Positions 6,798 through 14,459 of a stretch of DNA of 64,000 nucleotides are shown in pieces. The stretch lies in assembly GCA_900547975.1 (NCBI GenBank), contig URIX01000003.1:17867-81866 (forward strand), given 5' to 3'. The notes under the pieces were generated by a model. The model was not told the origin of the DNA. It saw only the letters and a list, made by a program, of their open reading frames with translations, and made no database searches. The position numbers and the translations under genes were made by a program. This DNA is from an uncultured Eubacteriales bacterium (GTDB lineage Bacteria > Bacillota > Clostridia > Christensenellales > CAG-917). Within the stretch, counting starts at the first letter, position 1. Every line of letters starts with the position of its first letter.

Positions 6798-8989
6798 TGA
6801 AAACCTATAATTCTAAACTAACTATCAGAACTTTGATTACATTGCTTGTGTTTGTAACGCTGGCGTTTTTGTCTTTTCAAATAATATCGTCGGGATTGGT
6901 TGCATACGCAGGTGATAAAGATTTGAAGTTCGATAATACGTCTATATTCGAGGATTTGTACGGAAGCAAGGACGAGCAAGGCAATGAATTCGATTTGAGC
7001 AATTATCCCGTCGACAAAAACGGCGAATTGCAATTCTATACTTTTTTAGAGTATGGATATTCATATTATGAGAACGTACAAGAAAATTTTGCGTTGTATA
7101 TGTATCTTTACAATCCGCAACAGCTTGATTTATCGACATATCTCGATTCAAACGTTGTGCGTATGGCAACGGCGTTTGCCAAGAACATTGAGGGTGAATA
7201 CGTCGCTTCCGAATATGACGATTTTAACATCGTGTGCGTATCGAGAACTACGGGCGATTATGCGAATTTGTTTTACAAATTCAAGATTTTAGATCCGGAA
7301 AAGAAGCTTCTTGCGTTGGCTCAAAAGTATGAATCGGAAAACGGTTGTCGCAGATACGATATTGCAGGCGTTTATCTCAAAACCGATAAAAGCGACGTAA
7401 CGTTGGACAAAAACATCGGACGTTCTTTTAAGTGTAGCGGTTATATGGCGACGTATGGCGAAAACGCAAATAATCCGTCCACTTTCATGTGCAAAGTTGA
7501 CGTTCTCGAAACGCTTGATTTGAAAGTGTATCAGACGAGTTATTTGACGGGTGTATCGAGCGCAGGCGCATATCACCACAACAATGTGAGTTCGGTATAT
7601 TTTGCCATTCCGCAAAGAGTTTTCGATAAGTACGGCAGTCTTTGGGAAATTTATGCTCAATGGTATGAGTGCAAAACCGCGCCGATATTGGTGACGTCGA
7701 ATCAAGATTTTTATCAAAAAGCATTATCAAACAATCATTATGAAACCATTGATAATTCAGAAGGCGGAACATCTCTTTTGTATGACAAATCGGTGGATTA
7801 TTTGTTGTGGTATGGTAGGCATAGCGATTCGGTTGCGGGGTCTTCAAATATATTGCACTATGACTGGGCTTATAATTTAAGACCGTTTTCGATGACCTCT
7901 GGCAATATGTTTATTCAACGTTTTGCTAATAGTTACTCAAATGTATTGCCGTTTGTGTTTTACAGTCCGTCGTACACGGATTCGGGTGCGTTTAACGTTA
8001 TAAACAAACAAACGGTTGCAGGCGACGTAACATCTTCTTCGATTAGGGATTATATTCAGAACTACGCTTCGAGCAATTATGTATCTTGGCATACGTCGAG
8101 GAATCTTCCGTCCGAACTCTTTGTAAATGAAGTCGATTCTACTCGTTCTGCAAAGGGGATTCAAGTCGGGTTGAACAAAATCAGAACGAATCTTCAAGAT
8201 ACTTTTGATTTGAATTCGTATAATTCAAATCATTCGTGGTGGGATAAACTTTGGGAATACGGTTGGTCTTATCCAAAGGACGAAGCATTGGACGAATCGC
8301 ATACGAACGTTAGTCCGTTTGAAGAAGTTAAACAGACTTCGTTGAATTCTTCGAGTATTGCTTCCGATTTGCTTATCAACGAAAACGACATCGAGTCTTT
8401 CAAGACGTTTTGCAACGTAAGCTATGGCAAAAAGGAAGTGCCGTATTTGTTTAGATTCGCCGTGTCTGATTATACGTCACGACCTATAACTCGTAATCCT
8501 GGAAGATTAGATGTCGATCAAGATGTCGTTGATTCCTATCTTGCACAAGAAACGGTATTTTTCGACTTTAACATCATAACTATGACGTTTAAGGGCAAGG
8601 AAGATTATTATACGCTTGCGGTTATGCATACGCCCGTTGATGTCATTGCAGGCGTTGAACCACCGCCCGTTGAGCTTACCCCGGGCGAACATCTTGCCAA
8701 CAATTTTTTGACTGCAATGCAAAAGATTTGGGATTGGTTCAAAAATAGCAATTTCTTAAAAGCGTTGAAGATTCTCGGCTTGATAATCGTCGGCGCAATA
8801 ATCGCTTTAATTTTGATAAAGGTTATCGGATTCTTTATCGGAAAATTCAAGAAAGGAAATCGAGGCGGACAAAAGCAATCCAACGTAACCGTCGTTATCG
8901 ATTCGGATTCCGTAAAGAAGAATCCAGAGCGGAAGGGGATTTATCGGAAAACTCGTCAGAAGCCGAAGAATGAATCTCGTCGAAGGTGA
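6797..8989 (+). CDS. Large secreted protein with a cleavable-type signal peptide and a C-terminal TM anchor plus basic tail (pIII-like adsorption protein or spike candidate)
   Basis: 730 aa. N-terminus ...TLITLLVFVTLAFLSFQIISSGLVAYA. C-terminus FLKALKILGLIIVGAIIALILIKVIGFFIGKF followed by KKGNRGGQKQ...RKTRQKPKNESRRR. Confidence 0.75.
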   Translation: MKTYNSKLTIRTLITLLVFVTLAFLSFQIISSGLVAYAGDKDLKFDNTSIFEDLYGSKDEQGNEFDLSNYPVDKNGELQFYTFLEYGYSYYENVQENFALYMYLYNPQQLDLSTYLDSNVVRMATAFAKNIEGEYVASEYDDFNIVCVSRTTGDYANLFYKFKILDPEKKLLALAQKYESENGCRRYDIAGVYLKTDKSDVTLDKNIGRSFKCSGYMATYGENANNPSTFMCKVDVLETLDLKVYQTSYLTGVSSAGAYHHNNVSSVYFAIPQRVFDKYGSLWEIYAQWYECKTAPILVTSNQDFYQKALSNNHYETIDNSEGGTSLLYDKSVDYLLWYGRHSDSVAGSSNILHYDWAYNLRPFSMTSGNMFIQRFANSYSNVLPFVFYSPSYTDSGAFNVINKQTVAGDVTSSSIRDYIQNYASSNYVSWHTSRNLPSELFVNEVDSTRSAKGIQVGLNKIRTNLQDTFDLNSYNSNHSWWDKLWEYGWSYPKDEALDESHTNVSPFEEVKQTSLNSSSIASDLLINENDIESFKTFCNVSYGKKEVPYLFRFAVSDYTSRPITRNPGRLDVDQDVVDSYLAQETVFFDFNIITMTFKGKEDYYTLAVMHTPVDVIAGVEPPPVELTPGEHLANNFLTAMQKIWDWFKNSNFLKALKILGLIIVGAIIALILIKVIGFFIGKFKKGNRGGQKQSNVTVVIDSDSVKKNPERKGIYRKTRQKPKNESRRR

Positions 8990-8994
8990 TTGCT

Positions 8995-9108
8995 ATGGAA
9001 CCTAAAATCGACAAAAAGAAAATCGGCATTAGTATTGCCAAAATCATAGGATTTTGTATCGGCGCATTTCTAATCGGATACATTGTCTATACATTTATCA
9101 ACGCATAA
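8995..9108 (+). CDS. 37-aa single-TM micro-protein (candidate coat or pVI-like virion/assembly protein); not in the ORF track
   Basis: My translation: MEPKIDKKKIGISIAKIIGFCIGAFLIGYIVYTFINA. It fills the 124-nt gap between the 730-aa gene and the ATPase gene almost exactly. Confidence 0.5.
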   Translation: MEPKIDKKKIGISIAKIIGFCIGAFLIGYIVYTFINA

Positions 9109-9113
9109 CGGAT

Positions 9114-11357
9114 ATGAAAAAAGAAAACGTTTTGAAAAACTTAATCTGCGCAGGAATCGCAATCGGGCTTATGTTGCTCGGTGTGTTCTGTTTTAGAGAA
9201 TCTTATTTGAGATTCTTTGAAGCGTGCAAGGATTTCGGTCTTGCTGTTGCAGGGTTGTTTTTGAAAGTGTTTTCTTTCTCGTCTGATTTCAATTCAAAGA
9301 GTGTGTTCGAGGTTTCGAGCATTCCGCTTGAAAGCATTATCCCGTTAGATTTTTCGGCGTTTGTATCGAAGGTGAAAAACTTTGGTTCAAAACTTATCGA
9401 CGTCGAAAACATCGTCGGATATTTCCACGTCATTTGGCTTGGAAGTTACATCTTTATATACTTGCTTTTGATTGGCGTGCCAGTACTTTTTATCGTGTTG
9501 GCTATTATAGACGCTAATCTAAAAGGCAAGAACAACAATCACGGCGCCGAATCGAAACCGCTTGTTTTATTTAAGCGTTTTGAACGCCGTATTTTAAGTC
9601 CGATTAATTTTGAAGTTAAGAGTTTCGTGACTTTTGTTCGTGAATCGAAACTTTGGAAAGTCATATGGACTGTAATTATAGTTTTCAATTTGAACGTCGC
9701 CACAGTCCTTATGGAACTTATGGCGTTGTATTTTGCACTTTTGGACGGTTTGAACGTATCGAACCTGTATATCCTTTTTTATAAACTATTTGCTGATTTA
9801 TCGATGTTGACCCGTGTTCCCGTTACGGTCTGGATAATCTTTGCGATTTTCTTTGTTTTAATTTGGCGCAGAAAGAAAGGGTATGAGCGTTTGAATCGTC
9901 GTGAGCAAAAGAACAGGGCGGTTATCGAGTTGCTTTGCACATTCGTTATTTTCTTTGCGACAATGGGCGCAGGCAAAACGCTAACTATGACAGACGTTAT
10001 TTTGACGAAGCAACAAGAACTTCGTGAATCGGCTTTGGACATAATGAAAGAAGTCGATTTGACTTTCCCCGATTTCAAGTGGGCTGTATTCGAGCAAGAT
10101 ATGAAGAAGATGATGAATTCATATCAACGCCCGAAACGTGATTTTTTCGGAAAAGTTGTTAGGGATGAGTACGGGAATATCGTTTTTGAAACGGCACGTC
10201 CGATTCTTTACAATCTTTCTCGTATCGACGATTATTTTCACAATTTGAAAATAACCGCAAAAAGATACTTCGACGAGGACAACTGCGAGTATCGAAAGTT
10301 TTACGATAAAGCCGTAGCACAGGGCAAATTGAAACCTATTATGTGGGGCTATGACGTTGAATATTACGGATTCTGGGCGGATAACGCCTTGAAGTACGAA
10401 TATATACTTGATGCTTTGCGTGATTATGCGCAGGCGTATTTTATCTATTCTTTGCCGACGAGCTTAATTTTCTCAAATTATGCCGTCGTGACGAAGGACG
10501 TTAAAAACGACACGGGCAATTTTCCTGCTTGGATGACGGACTTTTTTGAAGTGCCGACATTCGAGTCTGACGGTGAGTCTATGAACTCGCACATATTGGA
10601 CAACGATATGTTGCGACTCGGCAAGAAGTTTGACGAAAATAACAAATACAAAGATGTTTTTGAATTTGGCGTTCTTGCTTACACGGAAGGCGACAAAGAG
10701 CGTGGCAATATGCTCGATACAATGGAACTTAAAAAACTTGTCGAAGAAGTGAATCAGAAGAACGACAATTTCAATGGAACGTTCAAGATGTCGAGGCATC
10801 CTGCGACGATTCGCAATAGAAAGTTTTTCTTTGCGTATATGGATATGCAGAGAACGAGCAGTATAAACGCCGACTTGAAAGAAATTGGCGACAACGTAAA
10901 GATTGAATCTGCGACTTCAACCGAAATGTTGATGCCGTTTTTTGCCATAGATGAACTGGTGTTCAATCTCGTAATGCCATACTTTTATAATAAGTACTAC
11001 GAATTCCGCCACAATCGAGGCGATATGAATTTGACGATGTACTTGATGAAGAAGGTAGCCACGGCGATGAATAATCATTATGTCAGAGCATATAACACGT
11101 TCGGGTGTAAGACTGAAAAGTTGATTATCAATGAAGAAAAAGAGGCAAAGTACTACATTATGCCGAAGAAGATATTCAGCGGTGTTTTCTCGTCCGATGC
11201 GCTTGCAAGTTTCTTCCGGATGAAATCATCCAGAGCGATGCTCGGCGTGAATGATATACCGACGTATCAGAGCGACAAGGCGAGCATAAGCGAACTTGAA
11301 CAACTCAACAGTTACTTTGTGCGGGATTGGATGAAATATCTCGGTAAAGACGAATAA
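9114..11357 (+). CDS. Polytopic-membrane P-loop NTPase (candidate morphogenesis/extrusion ATPase, functional analogue of inovirus pI/Zot)
   Basis: ATG at 9114 (MKKENVLKNLICAGIAIGLMLLGVF...). About 6-7 hydrophobic helices in the first roughly 270 aa, then Walker A ATMGAGKT ([AG]x4GK[ST]), then a roughly 450-aa soluble region. The tracked start at 9054 overlaps the micro-ORF. Confidence 0.7.
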   Translation: MKKENVLKNLICAGIAIGLMLLGVFCFRESYLRFFEACKDFGLAVAGLFLKVFSFSSDFNSKSVFEVSSIPLESIIPLDFSAFVSKVKNFGSKLIDVENIVGYFHVIWLGSYIFIYLLLIGVPVLFIVLAIIDANLKGKNNNHGAESKPLVLFKRFERRILSPINFEVKSFVTFVRESKLWKVIWTVIIVFNLNVATVLMELMALYFALLDGLNVSNLYILFYKLFADLSMLTRVPVTVWIIFAIFFVLIWRRKKGYERLNRREQKNRAVIELLCTFVIFFATMGAGKTLTMTDVILTKQQELRESALDIMKEVDLTFPDFKWAVFEQDMKKMMNSYQRPKRDFFGKVVRDEYGNIVFETARPILYNLSRIDDYFHNLKITAKRYFDEDNCEYRKFYDKAVAQGKLKPIMWGYDVEYYGFWADNALKYEYILDALRDYAQAYFIYSLPTSLIFSNYAVVTKDVKNDTGNFPAWMTDFFEVPTFESDGESMNSHILDNDMLRLGKKFDENNKYKDVFEFGVLAYTEGDKERGNMLDTMELKKLVEEVNQKNDNFNGTFKMSRHPATIRNRKFFFAYMDMQRTSSINADLKEIGDNVKIESATSTEMLMPFFAIDELVFNLVMPYFYNKYYEFRHNRGDMNLTMYLMKKVATAMNNHYVRAYNTFGCKTEKLIINEEKEAKYYIMPKKIFSGVFSSDALASFFRMKSSRAMLGVNDIPTYQSDKASISELEQLNSYFVRDWMKYLGKDE

Positions 11358-11363
11358 TACGTT

Positions 11364-11640
11364 CTCGATGTCAAGGACAAGGCAAAAATAATTTTTGCTC
11401 GCAAAAATTATTTTCGGGACGGAATGCCCCTTGACATCGAGGGATAAAGATTACAATTTTACAAGTCCGTGCAACATATGTGTTGCACGGCTTGGTTGCA
11501 AAATAAGCTTGACGTTTGAGCGTAAGCGATACAACTCAAAATTTTGCCCTCGGAAGTCCGACGGCGCACAAGAGCAGGTTGCCGGTGCGCCGACGGAAGC
11601 CGAAGGCAAAAATGTTTGCGCACTTGATACTGCGCAAACA
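11364..11640. promoter_or_regulatory. Hairpin-dense intergenic region (candidate replication origin / packaging-signal region)
   Basis: 13-bp inverted repeat ctcgatgtcaagg (11364-11376) / ccttgacatcgag (11429-11441) encloses the palindrome caaaaataatttttg. Perfect 10-bp hairpin ccgtgcaaca-tatg-tgttgcacgg (11467-11490). Two more 8-bp stems: cggcgcac/gtgcgccg and gtttgcgc/gcgcaaac. Confidence 0.55.
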
Positions 11641-11660
11641 TAAAGGTCACGGAGGCTGAA

Positions 11661-12710
11661 ATGAACGCACTCTTGAATTCTCTATTACATAACTGCGTAA
11701 AGCGTGAAGAAATGACTCCGAGCTGGCTTCCTGATAAGGATGCCAACTATCACGATATAGCGATAGCAGAGAAGAAACTCGCAAGCAACGAGAATCGCAG
11801 ATACATATATCAAAATTATTGCGCAACTTGCACTTGCAGGACAAATTGCAAAATAATCGGATATAGGCATTGGAAGAAGATAAACACGATAATAAATAGA
11901 TTTCCGACTGGGGAAGTCGAGATAATTCGTTTTGACGAGCCGTTGAAGTGTATAGACGAGAACGTCAATCAAGAAAATGTCGGCGGAAGGAATTATATAG
12001 AGATAGACGGGATTTTGTTTCCGAAAGACGAAAACGCAAGCAATGCAAAGTTTTTGGAAAATATGTCAAACTCTGCGAGGCAGAGTGTAGACAAATATTG
12101 GGGCTTTGCAAAATCGAACGAATGGGATTATTTCATAACGTTGACTTGCGATCCGAAGAAGGTTGACAGATTCGATGACGACAAAGTAAAAGAACTTTGG
12201 ACGTATTGCAGGAAGAAGATTCAACGTTTCGATTGCAACGCAAAGATTTTGCTTGTGTGGGAACGTCATAAAAAAGAAAACGAATACGGACAGAAGGCAT
12301 TGCACGCTCACGGTTTCGTATCGATGCAACGGGCGTTTACGTGGCGACAAATGAAAGATAGGAACGGGAAGTGGATGTATTCGAATACGGGTGCAGCATT
12401 GTTTGAGTTTCCGTTCTGGGATTACGGACTTGCGACGTGCGCAATTATACCGAAGGGAAAAGACGAGAACGGGAACGATATAACGCAAGGTGCGGTTGTA
12501 AGTTATCTTTCAAAGTATATGAGCAAGAGTGAGATAAGTGAAGTCGGCTATGGAAAGAAACGTTTTCATCATACGACGAATCTTGCGTTCAAAGAAAAAG
12601 GAATGTATTGTATGGATTGCGACACGTTTGAAGAATCAATCGGGGATGACTTCGAGATATATAAGAAGGATGACAAGGGCAGAACGTATTATAGAAGCAA
12701 AAGGCACTGA
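11661..12710 (+). CDS. Rolling-circle replication initiator, HUH superfamily, two-tyrosine type
   Basis: GGAGG RBS. Motif I FITLT (WDYFITLTCD), motif II HUH (ALHAHGFV) and motif III YxxKYxxK (VVSYLSKYMSK) occur in canonical order. The last has the same form as the phiX174 gpA-type active site. Confidence 0.8.
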   Translation: MNALLNSLLHNCVKREEMTPSWLPDKDANYHDIAIAEKKLASNENRRYIYQNYCATCTCRTNCKIIGYRHWKKINTIINRFPTGEVEIIRFDEPLKCIDENVNQENVGGRNYIEIDGILFPKDENASNAKFLENMSNSARQSVDKYWGFAKSNEWDYFITLTCDPKKVDRFDDDKVKELWTYCRKKIQRFDCNAKILLVWERHKKENEYGQKALHAHGFVSMQRAFTWRQMKDRNGKWMYSNTGAALFEFPFWDYGLATCAIIPKGKDENGNDITQGAVVSYLSKYMSKSEISEVGYGKKRFHHTTNLAFKEKGMYCMDCDTFEESIGDDFEIYKKDDKGRTYYRSKRH

Positions 12711-12799
12711 AAATTAATGTTCAACCCGTGTATAAACTATTCGCAAAACACAACCTTTACGCAAAGAAAGTGATAAAATATGCTCTAAATAGAGGATTT

Positions 12800-12835
12800 T
12801 ACAAAATTAAGATTTGTTATGTAAAATATTTTACA
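12800..12835. other. dif-like / XerD-arm-like motif cluster at the right flank of the element (candidate att site)
   Basis: ttatgtaaaat (12817-12827) matches 10/11 of the XerD arms of E. coli dif (TTATGTTAAAT) and B. subtilis dif (TTATGTAAACT). It is part of a perfect 16-bp palindrome tgtaaaatattttaca (12820-12835). Two further ATTTTACAAA copies flank it. Confidence 0.3.
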
Positions 12836-13035
12836 AATTTCTCATATGTGTGTTTTTTCGAATTTCGGTTATTTGATATTCGGGACCGATTCTAATATCG
12901 ATTTCTATGTCGTTTTTTATATTATTATCTGTTCAAACCCGCCGTATTTTGTCGAAAACAAATCGATTCTCTATCCGTTTTACTCTGATTAAAACAGCGA
13001 TTTTTACGATTTTAAGTGGATTTATTGCGGGATTT

Positions 13036-14283
13036 TCAGTCGAAATTCAAGGTTTCGAGCGTGTGCAAAACCGCTAAATAAGCGTGTTCGTATGTCAAGC
13101 CGCCTTGAACGTAGACGATATACGGTTCTTTTATTGGCGAATCCGCGCTCAATTCGATTGACGAGCCTTGAACAAATGCGCCGGCAGCCATAATTACTTG
13201 ATTTTGGTATCCTGGCATATCCCACGGCAACGGTTTTACATTGCTGTCAATCGGCGAAATCTCTTGAATTGCGCCGCAAAAATCGATAAGTTTTTCTTCC
13301 GACCCGAGTTTTATGCTCGTAACGATGTCGTAAGGCTTCATATCGTCGCGCGGAAGCGTCTCAAAACCGAGTTTTGAATAGGTTTTTGCAAACAAAAGCG
13401 AGCCTTTGAGCGCGTTTTTGACTGCCGACGGCGCAAGAAACAAACCTTGATAATACGGCAAATAACCGTAGGCGTACGAGCCTTCTTCCATACCGAGCGA
13501 AGGCGCGGTCAAACGATAGGAAACTTGCTCGACAAGTTGCGATTTTCCTGTGATATAGCCGCCTGTGGGTGCGATTCCGCCACCGATATTTTTGATGAGC
13601 GAACCGGCGATTAAATCCGCGCCGACGTCGGTCGGTTCGATTTTTTCGACAAATTCGCCGTAGCAATTATCAATCAAAACGAGCGTTTCTGGGCTGATTT
13701 TTTTGACGAATTTGACGAGTTTTGCGACGTTTTCGACGCTAATTGCTTGACGAAGGCTGTATCCGCGACTTCTTGCGGCAAAAACAGCCTTGATTTTTTC
13801 GGTTTTAAGCGCGTTTTCGATGGCTTCATAGTCAAATTCGGGTGTCAAATCGGGGTTGGTTTTCAAGTCGATTTTGTCGAATCTGATTCCGAAATCCTTC
13901 AAAGAACCTTTGTTATCTGCCAAAATAACGTCGGTAAGCGTGTCGTAAGGCATACCAGAAACCGCCAAAAGTTTGTCGCCGGGACGCAAAACGCCGAAAA
14001 GCATAAGCGTCAAAGCGTGCGTTCCTGACACGATATTCGGCGAAACAATCGCGCTTTCGGCGTTGAAAATATCCGCATAAAGCCTGCAAAGCGTATCTCT
14101 GCCGATGTCGTCGTAGCCATAACCGGTCGTTCCGAACATATGGCGCGCTTGAATGGATTGATTTTTGTACGCGTCGAGGACTTTCTTTTGATTGTAAAGT
14201 GCGATGTCGTCAAGACGAGCATATTGTTCTTTTAGTTCGTGTTCACATTCTATTACAAGATTATTTGCCGATATTTTGTCCAT
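13036..14283 (-). CDS. ynbB: Methionine-gamma-lyase-family PLP protein (YnbB / aluminium-resistance-protein-like)
   Basis: 415 aa. FGTTGYGYDDIGRDTLCRLYADIFNAESAIVSPNIVSGTHAL matches the signature region of this family. Confidence 0.7.
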   Translation of the reverse strand: MDKISANNLVIECEHELKEQYARLDDIALYNQKKVLDAYKNQSIQARHMFGTTGYGYDDIGRDTLCRLYADIFNAESAIVSPNIVSGTHALTLMLFGVLRPGDKLLAVSGMPYDTLTDVILADNKGSLKDFGIRFDKIDLKTNPDLTPEFDYEAIENALKTEKIKAVFAARSRGYSLRQAISVENVAKLVKFVKKISPETLVLIDNCYGEFVEKIEPTDVGADLIAGSLIKNIGGGIAPTGGYITGKSQLVEQVSYRLTAPSLGMEEGSYAYGYLPYYQGLFLAPSAVKNALKGSLLFAKTYSKLGFETLPRDDMKPYDIVTSIKLGSEEKLIDFCGAIQEISPIDSNVKPLPWDMPGYQNQVIMAAGAFVQGSSIELSADSPIKEPYIVYVQGGLTYEHAYLAVLHTLETLNFD

Positions 14284-14459
14284 ATTTTATGCCTTTTTAG
14301 GTTATTTTTTCGATTGATTTTCGAGATTTTGTATACCTTGTTTTAGTTGTTTCTTGATTTTACTTGCAGTAAAATGGATTATATTTCGTTAGTTTTGTTA
14401 TGAATTTCGTGATTTTGTTGCGGATTTATCGCACTTTTAGCGCGATTTTTCCTCAGTTT

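Larger units (their letters stand above)
1..12835. mobile_element. Integrated ssDNA-type prophage-like element (inovirus-like; a pleomorphic/budding virus is the alternative). Right end near 12.8 kb; left end unresolved and may lie left of the window
   Basis: A divergent XRE repressor/operator switch (526-868) is followed by about 17 co-oriented, tightly packed or overlapping + strand ORFs. None is recognisable as capsid, portal, terminase, tail or integrase. Present instead: RCR Rep (11661-12710), membrane-embedded P-loop ATPase (9114-11357), a 730-aa signal+C-terminal-anchor protein, a 37-aa single-TM ORF and several N-terminally anchored proteins. Visibly AT-richer than the DNA from 13 kb on. 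Confidence 0.6.

Noticed and set aside
11395-11643. Tracked 82-aa + strand ORF between the ATPase and Rep genes
   Set aside because: It has no RBS, and its composition is dictated by the GC-rich hairpin arms. It spans exactly the inverted-repeat-dense intergenic region, so it is more plausibly non-coding origin DNA.
1-12835. Alternative identities for the element: a Microviridae prophage (because of the phiX-type YxxKYxxK Rep) or a conjugative/mobilisable element (TM-ATPase as coupling protein, Rep as relaxase)
   Set aside because: For Microviridae: there is no F/VP1-like jelly-roll capsid-sized soluble protein and no scaffold or pilot genes, and the element is about twice the size of a microvirus. 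For a conjugative element: I saw no T4SS components (VirB4/TcpF-like ATPase, peptidoglycan hydrolase) and no oriT-relaxase (MOB) motifs. Neither can be fully excluded without profile searches.
12931-12945. tRNA 3'-end fragment (gttcaaacccgcc resembles a T-loop) as a possible att core
   Set aside because: The flanking bases do not form a T-stem or an acceptor stem, and no full tRNA is present anywhere in the window.
14284-14459. hfq, which commonly follows miaA in Firmicutes
   Set aside because: The gap is only 176 nt, and no ORF encodes an Sm-like motif. The next gene is the ynbB-like PLP protein.
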